DNA of 64,000 nucleotides from a virus (taxonomy: Duplodnaviria > Caudoviricetes): the IMG/VR virus record IMGVR_UViG_3300030433_001901, positions 1 to 64,000 of that record. One strand, 5' to 3'. The notes under the pieces were generated by a model that saw only the letters and a list, made by a program, of their open reading frames with translations, was not told the DNA's origin and did not search any database. The position numbers and the translations under genes are program-made. Positions 32,001-39,376 of this stretch are shown one piece after another; within the stretch, counting starts at the first letter, position 1; every line of letters starts with the position of its first letter.

Positions 32001-35000
32001 ACTAATACCTTTAACAACCCCCGCGTCGGTAAAACTTGACTTTGGTATTCTTGATGAGCCTTCAATATGCACAGTATTGGTTGATGCTGTTCTTGTCATT
32101 CGCACAATTGTTCCTCTTATGGGTAAATTGTTTGATGATGCGTATTGATAATGTCCAAATGCTTCATAATCTATGGCTGGGAAATTTGGTGCGCGGCGAC
32201 CAACTGGTGAAGGATTCCATGCTTGAGCAGTCATAGTTGCATCAAGATGTAATTTCATGCTATTATCCGGTCCGGGGAATACTCCGGCATCACGGTCTTC
32301 AAAAAATTGATTAGGGAATAAAGGTATTTCAACAAGCGCGCGTGTGCTTGCGTATTGAGTTCCTAATTGATAATCGTGATTAACTGAACCTATTGATTGA
32401 AACAATCTATCATTGATGGTAGTCCCATCACTACAAATTGATGATGAATCAAACAACGGGTCAAGAATTATTATTGAGTTAAAATCAATTTGAGTTTTAG
32501 TAACCCAATCAGCAAAATTAAGTGCATCTCTTCCATCTTGGAGAATGAATTTATTAGCCCCTGCTGTGAATTGAAATGCCGCACCTGTTTTACTTGCGTA
32601 TTCAGCGTAAGCACCATTTTCTAAATAAATACGACCTGTTGTTGGGAAACAATATGTCCCCCAAGATGAAGGAGCCATGAAGCCAATATTTCGCGCTTTG
32701 TTATTTAATGTAAAAACACTTATTGTTTTAGCCGTAGTGTCAATGTTAGTGACCCTAACCGCGCAAGCATGTCGTGTATTCCAACCTACTCGCGATAATG
32801 TCGCAGGGTCCCAACTTGGTTTAGTGTTGATTGCGCCTTGACCTGCACCACCAAGCGTAACTGCTACAACAGGCGCACCCGGTTGTATTTCTTTAACAAT
32901 ATGTGAATCACGACTACCATCACCAGCATAAGATACTGTTTGGTCGGACACATCGCTCATGATACCTTGTCCTTCCATAATCAAATAACGACCCGCGCCT
33001 GTGTCATTTACTTGCATTGAAACTACTCTTATTGTTGATTGGATATACTCAACTGTAAAGAAAGTGCAATCGTTAGCATCAATAGTAGCAGGTGTTGTTC
33101 GCGACAATTGCATTGTTCTTTCGCGCTTGCTGGGCTGAACAATAAAGATGTATGAATCACCATCTTTTTCATTATCAATTACATCAAACATCTCAAACGC
33201 TCCACCCTTTTGTGATGCAAACTGCACGCTTTCTTGGTAGTGTGTTGGTGCTTCATTTACTGGTGGGTCGCTTGCACTTCTTTGCATTGGTTGAATATGT
33301 ATCTTATGATATACCGAAGGGTGAGTTGTTGTTGCTACTCCTTGCGGTGGTTTATTAGGTTCATCACCTGTGCTACGAGGCGTGTATGCAGATGGTAAAG
33401 ATGATTCATTCAGTTCATTTTCATAATCAAACCCACCTGCGTTATCTCCTACGAGATGATGAGGTTTCATAGCAACTTGAGCATCACCGACATCTTTTGA
33501 TGATGCAGTAATGATACCACCCGGAGAATGTATTGTCGCGCCAGCACCAACAGCATCAGCGATATGCGCGGCAACTCTTTTACCATTTAATAAACAACCA
33601 CCGTCGGGAACTGTTTTCTCAATGAGAAGTGCTGGGTTTGCTAATCCCATTTTACCTCCTGTAAGGTCAATAGCGTTGTAATGAATCTCAACATATTTAG
33701 CGGTTAAACCCGGCACTTCAAGGATAGCAACTCGCGAATCTTTTTCCGGTGTAAGATGTTTTTTGTATTGAGTATCAAATTCCGAATCAACACCTATACC
33801 ACCACCCTTTAACAAAAATGGCTCAATATCATCAACTGATATTGCAATTACTCCGTCGCGATGAGCGTCAATAGATGCAAGACCATTACGAACAACACCA
33901 TTAGTTGTAGCAGATGTTCTAACTTCCATTATCTTTCCATTAAATGCTGTATGTGAAACAAAGGCTTTGCTGTTGATTGGTATTGCTGATTTTAAACCAA
34001 TATAACTACCAGCAAATGTAATTAGCGCGTCGTCGGATATACCATCAATGGTTCTTGTTATTTCTTGTTCATGTATTGGCGGTAGCAAATGAAGGAAAGG
34101 GTGTCCGTCTTGATGTGTATATTTATGACGACCACTATGACCGGATTTAAAACGCTCCGCGATAGTCCAAGACGCAGGTGAAAAATTATTACCAACAGCA
34201 AGATTTCTTGAATATAAAAAACCATGAAATTCATTCGGGCTTTCATCAATAACCATAGCACCTGTTCTATCAATAACTTGGCTCGCTGTTCCAACTCTTT
34301 GATACGGCTTACCAGTTTCACTATCAATTAATAAATCCGAACGCACCAAAACCATCGCGGAATCGTTAGCGAAGTTATTACCGCTATTGAATGCTGTTCG
34401 TGAATGTAAAACACCGCGCGCTCCTGTGTCCGTTGACACACCAAAATCAAGATGTATGCTTTCAACGGTGATTGTTCCAAGAGGATTAATTGATTTAAGA
34501 CGCACACGCTCCGGTGGTGAATTGTTAGGTAGTTGAGTTAATACATCGGTTCCTGTGGGATTGATAATTAAATTAAACATCGTGTGTGGAACTTCAATAA
34601 CTTGCGCACCACCGCTATGAGCGGCGTTAGCAACTTGATAATTACCAAGACTGTCAAGGGAATAAGGATTGAATAATGTATCGGATTTACCACTTACTGT
34701 TTCGTATAATGATTGACACGCGGCGGCTCCTATCGTAATTGTAGTATCACCAGCGTTAACATTTGATGTGATGTAAAAGACATCTTCATCAACTTCAACT
34801 GGTTCTTCAAATCGCCAAAGACCAATAGTGCTGTTTGACAACATCAAAGGCTTAGTGCGACTTTCCATTGTTGATACATCATTTTTCCATTGAACAGACT
34901 CTATGTATCCGCGATACTCTCCACCTTTACCACCAATGTAAAAATCTTGGTCATTAAGATTACATGTGTATTTTTTGTTCATTTTATGTGAAGCCATCAA

Positions 35001-35483
35001 TTCTCCATTGACATATAGTTTAACCTGTTCACCATTGAACTCTCCCGATATATGATACAATTCACGCTGTCCTTTATTGTATCCAACATTATTACTAACA
35101 AAACTTGCCGCCGCTGTCGGATAATTATTCGCGCTTGAAGCAATTGCTGTGACACCGTTGCTGAATTGAACTTTGAAAGACGCGACACCCGGAGCATCAA
35201 TTGTCCCCATGCGCAATTCAAACAAGTCGTCTTTACTTGCTATTATACCGCCGCAATCGGGAGATACCCAAGCCTCAATTGTAAATTTATTCAGCGTTTG
35301 GTTATTCGCGTTAGCAAAACGGTGTCCGTCGTCGTCTTGTAATATAGGCGCGGAAGAGCGAGCAACCCCACCATATATCTCGCGCTTATGACCAGTTTTA
35401 GTAAAATCTCCTTGAGGACAAACTATGCTGTCGCTAACACCATTGAAAAACATAGCATGAGTTGAATGAGTAATAACTGCCAT
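20001..35483 (-). CDS. Giant 5160-aa tail/virion protein with N-terminal LamG (concanavalin A-like) domain
   Basis: 15.5-kb uninterrupted ORF; FTIEAWV...YHISGEFNGEQVKLYVNG...IGG...GYIESV...GLWRFEE. Confidence 0.8.
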   Translation of the reverse strand: MAVITHSTHAMFFNGVSDSIVCPQGDFTKTGHKREIYGGVARSSAPILQDDDGHRFANANNQTLNKFTIEAWVSPDCGGIIASKDDLFELRMGTIDAPGVASFKVQFSNGVTAIASSANNYPTAAASFVSNNVGYNKGQRELYHISGEFNGEQVKLYVNGELMASHKMNKKYTCNLNDQDFYIGGKGGEYRGYIESVQWKNDVSTMESRTKPLMLSNSTIGLWRFEEPVEVDEDVFYITSNVNAGDTTITIGAAACQSLYETVSGKSDTLFNPYSLDSLGNYQVANAAHSGGAQVIEVPHTMFNLIINPTGTDVLTQLPNNSPPERVRLKSINPLGTITVESIHLDFGVSTDTGARGVLHSRTAFNSGNNFANDSAMVLVRSDLLIDSETGKPYQRVGTASQVIDRTGAMVIDESPNEFHGFLYSRNLAVGNNFSPASWTIAERFKSGHSGRHKYTHQDGHPFLHLLPPIHEQEITRTIDGISDDALITFAGSYIGLKSAIPINSKAFVSHTAFNGKIMEVRTSATTNGVVRNGLASIDAHRDGVIAISVDDIEPFLLKGGGIGVDSEFDTQYKKHLTPEKDSRVAILEVPGLTAKYVEIHYNAIDLTGGKMGLANPALLIEKTVPDGGCLLNGKRVAAHIADAVGAGATIHSPGGIITASSKDVGDAQVAMKPHHLVGDNAGGFDYENELNESSLPSAYTPRSTGDEPNKPPQGVATTTHPSVYHKIHIQPMQRSASDPPVNEAPTHYQESVQFASQKGGAFEMFDVIDNEKDGDSYIFIVQPSKRERTMQLSRTTPATIDANDCTFFTVEYIQSTIRVVSMQVNDTGAGRYLIMEGQGIMSDVSDQTVSYAGDGSRDSHIVKEIQPGAPVVAVTLGGAGQGAINTKPSWDPATLSRVGWNTRHACAVRVTNIDTTAKTISVFTLNNKARNIGFMAPSSWGTYCFPTTGRIYLENGAYAEYASKTGAAFQFTAGANKFILQDGRDALNFADWVTKTQIDFNSIIILDPLFDSSSICSDGTTINDRLFQSIGSVNHDYQLGTQYASTRALVEIPLFPNQFFEDRDAGVFPGPDNSMKLHLDATMTAQAWNPSPVGRRAPNFPAIDYEAFGHYQYASSNNLPIRGTIVRMTRTASTNTVHIEGSSRIPKSSFTDAGVVKGISARRTRRIVLGNGEWAYYDGGGVSSATPITLSDKPSYSSENFFSTVRVGSQVIVGELPDELFYPLEGNESYPSSAQEYRRPFYYDRGSVMTQGGNLDYGLRQYVSAVEFKAGPTANPHAARIQSKNARLTLTNNITSNKYAFVGNLPKGKLPTNYKFAAINESTGRKYAITYNSTTGPNLIIIDPHPILDSTAPAIGALSTTSDTVLTLLGIYSTSVTTLPLKIEDGIANQTWNNPYCPGGLRYGDTVWANMHYTNPHAIEGLFAKSRGVYNEYEVWRGFNGGKGELGVEARDTLPLENFLIGDTCLETARNYVQHVNKTIELNWTELGHDVSTYKPPIVAYLDPYLSTETHARVLLYDVAHDREFIAFHDLHMQVQTNATTPTVRQLDVAAGFRTQRKDKRLKTTTHTQTINSTSYTYEDGDGKSHFIEGAYAHRSYYLMDNSMMITSGSATTKFNRSERNTPHYIEFGEETAKYGHGRVSQSTVDIYKAKLRHAETIPHDESEDIQIGSTSAPQFNATFFDTPEGTRVISAFLCLKGKRAVKNDTREHYEDRLKHLEHWVNMDFVRRLTIDMGEIGLKEGVTDIEAAAREVVRMINQGGAENGRSSQRRPSDQYPGEGERFDINRRSISVGGTDTEEPTDATAAHQHADFAVTGSTYDPAPFWLDTAFTSFDRGSHMGYLRAHIGRVVEDANGNEGYSIVIHSTVPGATSRNFCVWLDNSKSQAEYKPQFLIGHGGRFRNFYCRPPEMAGENMHPAPMPIDKNGKPFAPITTLREYVALDEASDEFFTNSHLGFDDNFNSAFTGDTPNTGTTSGRSSNTGAMESFENSGQKFTIREGLQTGTRAYGRINFGGMVAAGIPGFAPDAGKWGFGEGGKGNSRFVSSIYGNHVPNDSGFYLNYSAYAPSTETVSDAIGTSSRLYGMKLVDHRGKSHILRYIYRRAGESFSHKNAVMPTTIDEETLIYFDDRDIAQGGFTIGVNMWGVGDTGTPFFYTPSTEHTWRGNVWRGVHTPNAGYAVSIDPATAANTLTLKAGTGSGYHNNGIWHDLPEDDPTVNVRDMLGHLGFPDSGLIWLAIPNSTPNAYEHTGVVFSYTHRTHNGRAGPHSFFGLQGVNANTIAASWFPDQNRCGPTSVSDSRIPVILSPHLNQTTIITDELIAAATNYAFNVDPNEDNQFFDCSDLRAPDGRTYGEILGNNAQTAVKITKFNQNKQIIPLRDMFTTTLARDIGLQASSTSSAIIAPSLGTGGQFGGATTTQNKSITMFDQGYLPYTLMQIKTRFKGSNANTATPIFIDQTNNAISTDEWQKNLRGEKFTRYKGDHITPSLESSTYTLLAQTNGLALPAGTEYTTYQIQLRNPAHFAVLGRQYAWQLQHISGGTNLNQDASTEFGGKIDGSWSPFRQMDLTKDTYLHCAAFSCIDAPTDVARHLIGWKHVDSKGDFKDSLVADEILQPFKFDNDIQGLRLSGNIHGTPTVYFRGAQDSIDNHVPLYFGGGFSGVVMDINDGSRVDYSTHNKHPYAKGPTGSAGLQDIGEKMGAYALLDTTALFGMFPASVLSDQHRGEPTPPFANQDALLSPDIDGNTNTHTIPNTTYTNVKIAKPIPIVLRFAHPYARYTDSNNSVAYMIFGPGQAVPKHWSGEGATLTTSVEPSAKWTVANKIYTALDGAVGTTFNAGVESGYFLPNELSNTTLDGGANQFLPMTDAYGAKNILPYRACRHWEPSYGSPNTNWNDTVATESRYSNSHYFASTGASGGATTATSGYGHPFAHYTASTRFTNSSWHLSGVIYHLDGGYTAGGSWFDNSVRKNPPHPVTATLVNSANAAVQYIERIGLNATMFRVGSQVLTDYDHNIDAAVPDDVFLIDATRCQNSEELGAVIASAINTWPGRANLKALGGTFLPSFQDAQRQDRYSWVDVGNMNTYTTIPHALVSVAGGALPMNLPEFGWIRLSNGTKTYYGYYSHYDRTNGTFILHNNERGGFGRLEDPTVAGNTGAGVNTVDVSAGALKVFVWSKAGNLRWDNGFQNATDGTRSTSATSAGEASNSPFDHYATTQVHFSGVVDAIDRTRAVGAVGWHGERYSYFNSLTITDGQPKVAAGLGPWLPALGFTPYGAATSCHQSNSIEWVLRKATGQGIEETIEGVWEPKTNTHDAVGLHQRHFVVVSYEGDLPIIAKASRNGQQTCGDMLQLKWSSSTQGGTVVAYHNERFNNDRYSAESNAGPHVEAMTDPAMTTPTTVDVGAEPAEIEASSLWRAAPATSLAQAETCLYPTGDLFYNITENKNRNTNYPADKIFDNEATHTENVGYDSYLTHRSQIYNYFKGRNAARNFFTEHAVWKRMGGGNVTLPAQNARGLGSIPWQVHKVGNEYIKFGETIYGNVRFSFETTNAAMYPIIQAQELAHPALAEQFPYEVRNALTIPNEEMQFEEIAVVDDTGQEHKLPGGSPLGVVIRDYELIQDRENEGLAPALAGSGVSPNMKIQLPDHDEIPGNILVRAGFDRLQAYQHETLGSGGLQPPLQPSNVVMESFESLGSRPRTEPFWEQDGYEHINQNPNNFPDSNNNLQSDNILQTAYEPHDRALYFHVTKMGYTYTEREPLRIVNNTMTLNRLTFRDRGVDVVGGNPADNYIEVNETINTNIWLQDATPDGRYFLSINGTVATYIDIDNTGTHDRFTGVVFPPDFTASAGNSIKPSFYIPAGSTRQFAARRLRDHAEVSGNSPDKPHTDWVGVSAGTSPATAVRAANKLTPMPIPRMGHHYVMPTMAVMPGHFAHPQYQQIYKSNRACFGTVDYDTTKDIQNNVLWFSSPTASNPPSDIHGDGFTLLTETKIRFDGYGIADDSASCNAAGGHRIRLEVGTNYNTSFHFPDPAEVGAYQIVIQPNLFSKQFMGNNENTTFASTDAPEDPSGTNTTVTVLTDQLVATVVATQGTDNSRDLILSEATMADVRGCEIYLNEIMLDIDPSTREQFTNIPILGLSNPFGVNATSSGAFTRRSLPYHPNMFHRSTPGIPVTIPWWSVAFASSTIFNATAPWKAIEHYNPDDYYHFCRSTLGGIGCQTTMLGYPSVYLDVYTDYLTSTNPVGIIEHMDTSANKLYVRNNTLFPIAGIGYFNHVLTITGADGLPHDALFTNRGYISGVGSTDGAVVFHGIANTNRGSFTTNATQGMEVKLTRKYGFDDSKEIYTNSKASIATRNLPQLLSGTRDTNSLHLPDAYLCMWHYNLGRPMTWFSDSRTNKGDAAVDKKAYNHAPEHFEMVHYHEFTYAMSDGPFKFRAKSAGNYTGGLTDTYPISALAHQAGTDGKSRKYNFGAFWPGGHRFGAQMSSLTLYGTAAPGWRDKWDNPNIKQVSDAKGLTVTNGNVETITDNFFTKNMNKQAGWGYRISVRQPYNRPRWAIKANQGLRDPHAYYHFHAEGPFIGNQEVITRTNTQSGSGNTTPTKTTQPSYTGIIERQTNASALINNDLRGQQVRYSDGRRMTKGFGCAVRNIRNPTTAIRKFHADIPAGHKAGTDVVNQRVNLALAQAHYMVDWWGNTTGEEVRRFPVRGFGIRPSWDPEDAYRATDRTKIAESMYSSTTGMQLAESQVNFFDPATAKRVGDRGDGRGVRYPTYFNEDILQNVSEDMRPFGLVLSHHTSEPPFTTGFMRPANNSLQSFEIPRGISARLEIAGDDGLLKREANVGSNIEKANFDFMIEPIAKSKPRIGIDGMSVVENDGEISPRYVITSTEATSLHTDRQAGQRFIFSGGVSTANRELSDLRLDTLNFSSSKQVMKFGTTHGIPPIGGTYIMELSSDGAPISDFGWGASSGVTTNPYQTSNHDSKSYSTNVDDETIKFLVRPVRVLDNKHIELFRSDRTHVLSATAAGRYGVFVYDAPNARATQVASNYMRNTNPAPNNPPYAPVYLFKISGAGSSTSAPSSTGPRIPGSESPSFTTSSTQPVARMVVTNNTLQHLRADASRLQSVVEDKDAFIRKDYTVQPRYTQSLYAGDKLNTTYHHNEGNRNDNGVGA

Positions 35484-35484
35484 C

Positions 35485-36654
35485 TCAACTCCCCACTATG
35501 AAATCTGCTGGCATGAAAGTCAAAGAACCTTCATACACATTTTCTCCGGCAATATAACTCATAGACATTGCGACTACTGTTCCGGCAATACCTGTGTATT
35601 TGTTAGTTGGGTCAAATACAACTCCAACATCAAGATTATTGGCTAACGCGTCTTGTTGATTCGCGTCGCTTCTTCCTGTAATCATGATAAGGTTGCGCTC
35701 TATGTAATCGTCATTAGCCGATGTGCTGGTAATCATAGAGTTGTAAGGCACTTGAATACCAACTATGTAATCCGCTGTTTGTTTATCCGACAAACTTACA
35801 TCAGCCTCAATCAAAGAATTAGAATCATCGGGGTCAGCACGACCACCAAGAGCAGAACCGGAGGCACCAAGAAGACTCGCGTTTCCTACATACGCGATAA
35901 GGTCTTGCAACTTATCACCCGCGCTACGACAAGATTTGTTAGAACCACCAGCAAATTCATCAAACAAAGGTTTGACAGAAGTAAATCCTTTGTTGAAAAC
36001 TGGTGTTGCGTTGTTGCCAGCGAACCCTGCTTCTGTTTGTGTAAATGTTAATCGCGCGTTGTTAGTTAAAACGCCGTTGCTTACGGTGATAGTAAATGCA
36101 CTACTGAATGATGTTCCACCAGCGGTGGTAAGTTGTTGTGTAAAATTAGCCGCTTCACACGCTGTCTTTACAGCCGCCGCTAAAGCGTTGTCTGTTGTAA
36201 TTCCTTGAATACCAACGAGAACAGTTGATGGTGTGTTTGATGCGCTGTGTCCGGCAGAACTCTTGTTAAACTTGATACGGACAGGAGGGCGAACGGTGCT
36301 TTCTCCTGTATAACTTGAATGAATCTCAAAATAGTTGTCGTGTAAATCATCAACTGATACAGTTCCGCTTGACATATACGCTTGCTGAACTCCACCATCA
36401 CTATTGGCTAACGCGCTAAAATCTATATTTGCTGATGCCGCGGTTGGTAAGTTCGCGACAGCCGCGCAATCATCATCAGCGAGTATTACATTGAGTTTGA
36501 AATCTGCTGTGACCATGTTCAAGTCAATCGCATATCTTTCACCAAGAACAGGAACAGGCATGACAGGAACGGCTCTTGTTATGTTTAGAGAATAGTCCGT
36601 AGCATCAACTACCAGCACCGCACCATCATTACGAATCAATCGGATTTTGGTCAT
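35485..36654 (-). CDS. Distal tail (Dit-like) protein with inserted domain (putative)
   Basis: Directly after the tape measure gene; beta-rich N- and C-terminal halves around an insertion. Confidence 0.5.
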   Translation of the reverse strand: MTKIRLIRNDGAVLVVDATDYSLNITRAVPVMPVPVLGERYAIDLNMVTADFKLNVILADDDCAAVANLPTAASANIDFSALANSDGGVQQAYMSSGTVSVDDLHDNYFEIHSSYTGESTVRPPVRIKFNKSSAGHSASNTPSTVLVGIQGITTDNALAAAVKTACEAANFTQQLTTAGGTSFSSAFTITVSNGVLTNNARLTFTQTEAGFAGNNATPVFNKGFTSVKPLFDEFAGGSNKSCRSAGDKLQDLIAYVGNASLLGASGSALGGRADPDDSNSLIEADVSLSDKQTADYIVGIQVPYNSMITSTSANDDYIERNLIMITGRSDANQQDALANNLDVGVVFDPTNKYTGIAGTVVAMSMSYIAGENVYEGSLTFMPADFIVGS

Positions 36655-38366
36655 ACACTTGACCTCCTATTACCATGCGACCGACCACCGCGAGTCATTT
36701 CAGCGCGTATCAAGTCGCCTATTTCTTTTGCTAATGCGCGCTTATCGGTTCTGTCTGTCACACCCCCAACATTGATGTTGACGGTCATACCACCACCACC
36801 ACCTAAACCTATACCTCTTGGGTTGTTTTTACGGTTAAGAGGAACAACAGCCTCCGGTCCATCTTCACCAATCATCGCGAGAGTTGGTGAATCAACCACA
36901 CCACCTTTCGCGAGTTTTGGGATAGTGGGAAGTTTGAATGTTTTACCTCCAACAACAGGAACCCACTTAGGTATGTCAAACTTCATTTTCTTTGCAAAAC
37001 CGTTGTAAATGCCTGTGACACCGTTAAAGATGGCTTTGAAGCCGTTGATGAATCCTTTTTTAATTGTGTTGGGTATGCTGATGAACCATTTGATGAGCGA
37101 GCCTCCACCTTTGATAACATCAGTATAGAATGATTTACCAACTTGGAATATAGCATTTATTATACCAGCGATAAGCCCAAGCACTAATCCTATTGCACCT
37201 GTGATAAGACCAACTAAACCACCAATCAACGCACCAAGACCGGAAATTAAACCATAGAAAATAAACCCACCAAGTTTAAGCAAAAATTTCAAAGCCTTAC
37301 CCAAGAATGCTTTTATCTCGTCCCAATAGCGAATAATAATCGCGATAAGTAATAAACCAAGCGCGATAGGAGCGGCAATAGCGGCAGTTACACCCGCAAT
37401 CCAAAGACCAACAAATATAGCCAGCGCGCTAATAATACCAAGAAGAACACCTTTGATACCTTTACCAGCACCCATCGCAAACGCAACAAGTCCAGCAACA
37501 CCACCAATAACAAAACCAATACCTGCTACTACTGCTCCCGCTGTGCCTTTAATGGCGATTAGGCTACCTGCTTTCATCAACGCAAATACTTTTTTGACCA
37601 TCATTATTGAACCAATCAAAGTCAAAAGGACACCGATACCAACACCGATAGTAAGATAGATATTATCAAATTCATTTTGAATAATTCTCATGGTTCCGAC
37701 CGTAAGCATAATTGCACCAGCCACTAAACCAATTGGACCACTAAAGAAAAGTGCCGCGCCACCAGCAACAAATAAAGATGCGGCAAGAACATCAAGCGCG
37801 GAAGATAAACCGCCTTCATCTCCTTCGCCCGATATGACAAGAACTAACCCTTGCATCGCGTCATGAAGTGGCCCTAAGTCTTCGGTCATTTTGAGAACAG
37901 GACTATTAGCACCATCAAACGCTATTGACAAAGCGGCTAAAGCAAAGCCGACTATCATGAAAATACTAACTAAAGAGAATGCTGATACTATTAAACGCGT
38001 AAATCCATTGTTAGAAATTGCTAACAACTTGTTGCTCATTTTTTGAGCCACACCGTGTGCGATAGTCGCGGCAGTAAGTTTTTCTAACATAGTCATATTT
38101 CCGCGCAAACTTTCTTTTTGTTCTGCTGTCATGGTGCTATTCTTTCCTGTTATCGCTGTGACTTTTGATATAGACTGCGCGTATCCTTGAAGTGTTTTAG
38201 CCATTCCATAGATAGGACTTTTCTTCAACGCTGTGGTAATTTTAAGTTGTTGTCTTTCAAACAACCCCATGGTCTTCGTAGTGTTTTGGCTAAAGACTCC
38301 AACCTGCTCAAGTTGCTTTTGCAACTGGTCTAATTGGTCGGATACTTCTTTAACACTTTCAGCCAT
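36651..38366 (-). CDS. Tail tape measure protein
   Basis: Follows the frameshifted chaperone; Ala/Gly/Ile-rich with TM-like segments; C-terminal IPKLAKGGVV..PT.AMIGE.GPEAVVPL. Confidence 0.85.
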   Translation of the reverse strand: MAESVKEVSDQLDQLQKQLEQVGVFSQNTTKTMGLFERQQLKITTALKKSPIYGMAKTLQGYAQSISKVTAITGKNSTMTAEQKESLRGNMTMLEKLTAATIAHGVAQKMSNKLLAISNNGFTRLIVSAFSLVSIFMIVGFALAALSIAFDGANSPVLKMTEDLGPLHDAMQGLVLVISGEGDEGGLSSALDVLAASLFVAGGAALFFSGPIGLVAGAIMLTVGTMRIIQNEFDNIYLTIGVGIGVLLTLIGSIMMVKKVFALMKAGSLIAIKGTAGAVVAGIGFVIGGVAGLVAFAMGAGKGIKGVLLGIISALAIFVGLWIAGVTAAIAAPIALGLLLIAIIIRYWDEIKAFLGKALKFLLKLGGFIFYGLISGLGALIGGLVGLITGAIGLVLGLIAGIINAIFQVGKSFYTDVIKGGGSLIKWFISIPNTIKKGFINGFKAIFNGVTGIYNGFAKKMKFDIPKWVPVVGGKTFKLPTIPKLAKGGVVDSPTLAMIGEDGPEAVVPLNRKNNPRGIGLGGGGGMTVNINVGGVTDRTDKRALAKEIGDLIRAEMTRGGRSHGNRRSSV

Positions 38367-38368
38367 CT

Positions 38369-38662
38369 TCACCACCCTTCGCTAAACGGCATTGGTCCGT
38401 GTGTTGAGCCTACGCGACTCTTACTCTTTGTTCCTTTCGTCGCATCTTCTATTTGTTCTGCCTTCATTCTTTCAGCGGCATTAGCCCAAATGAAAGACTG
38501 CTCAAATGCTTCCATGCTCATATCCCATACCTCTTGAATACTGATTCCATAATGTTTAGCGACAAAATAAGCCGCCGCGCTAAAACCGTGTTCAAGGTCG
38601 GGCGACGGTTTTTTGAGAAAACTGTATGCTTCCTCTATTCTGTCGCCCCACCCGCTAAAGGG
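38369..38662 (-). CDS. Tail assembly chaperone -1 frame extension (gpGT-like; not in ORF track)
   Basis: 97-codon open -1 frame entered at CCCTTTA: PFSGWGDRIEEAYSFLKK...YFVAKHYGISIQEVWDMSMEAFE...FSEGW*; ends next to the tape measure start. Confidence 0.8.
   Translation of the reverse strand, partial: PFSGWGDRIEEAYSFLKKPSPDLEHGFSAAAYFVAKHYGISIQEVWDMSMEAFEQSFIWANAAERMKAEQIEDATKGTKSKSRVGSTHGPMPFSEGW
38600..38662 (-). promoter_or_regulatory. Programmed -1 ribosomal frameshift signal
   Basis: In-frame slippery heptamer C CCT TTA (38656-38662); downstream stem GGGCGAC/GTCGCCC enclosing the hairpin GAGGAAGC-ATACA-GTTTTCTC. Confidence 0.8.
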
Positions 38663-38997
38663 CCGCTCATCAAGTCCTGTGGTTGCGGTAGCAACGCAGT
38701 TATTTGATTAGCGATGTAAGGTCTTAGCGACAACATCTGCGGGATAGATAGCCGAGGTTCGGTTTTTTCAATTGCTTCGGCAAACATGTATTTCCAATAC
38801 TGCGCGAGGTCAATATCAACTGAACCTGCCGCATTAATAGCCACAAAAGTTTTGATTGCATCTTGCAACTGCATGAAGGAGAGTTCCTTCACCCATACTT
38901 TTACGACCACATCGGGGTCTTCTTCATCTGCTCTTACTTCATGCTCAACCGCTTGGCTGTTCACCAAGAGGCTCATTGGGTCTGCTATCTTCGGCAT
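38635..38997 (-). CDS. Tail assembly chaperone (gpG-like)
   Basis: Between tail tube and tape measure; slippery site near its 3' end. Confidence 0.8.
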   Translation of the reverse strand: MPKIADPMSLLVNSQAVEHEVRADEEDPDVVVKVWVKELSFMQLQDAIKTFVAINAAGSVDIDLAQYWKYMFAEAIEKTEPRLSIPQMLSLRPYIANQITALLPQPQDLMSGPLAGGATE

Positions 38998-39376
38998 TGT
39001 TATCACTTACTCCCTCACTACTGGTCGCGGCCTCTTCATCGGAGGGAGCGACAGCCTCCACTTCAACTGCCTCATTGGAGGGGGTATCGGCTTCGGTAAG
39101 GCGGGCAATGAGTTCCGCCTTTTTACCCTTGACATCAAGATTGCGCGCTCGTAAAAGTGCTTTCAATTCTTCAACTGTCATGGACTCGTAATCAGTAGGA
39201 CCCTCTTCTTCAAGCGGGGTCGTTTCAACTGCTTCTTCTTGCAGTTCTTCGGGGAATGGGTTGCCGTCAGTCTTTGCGGCTTCGGGATTAAATACATCTT
39301 CAACAAGGAAAGTGTCTTTCTCAACAGCGCGAATGTGAAGTGGCCTGTTGCCTCCAATGTGCATATCACGCTTCAT
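38945..39376 (-). CDS. Acidic SAP-domain protein
   Basis: YESMTVEELKALLRARNLDVKGKKAELIARL is a SAP motif. Confidence 0.8.
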   Translation of the reverse strand: MKRDMHIGGNRPLHIRAVEKDTFLVEDVFNPEAAKTDGNPFPEELQEEAVETTPLEEEGPTDYESMTVEELKALLRARNLDVKGKKAELIARLTEADTPSNEAVEVEAVAPSDEEAATSSEGVSDNNAEDSRPNEPLGEQPSG

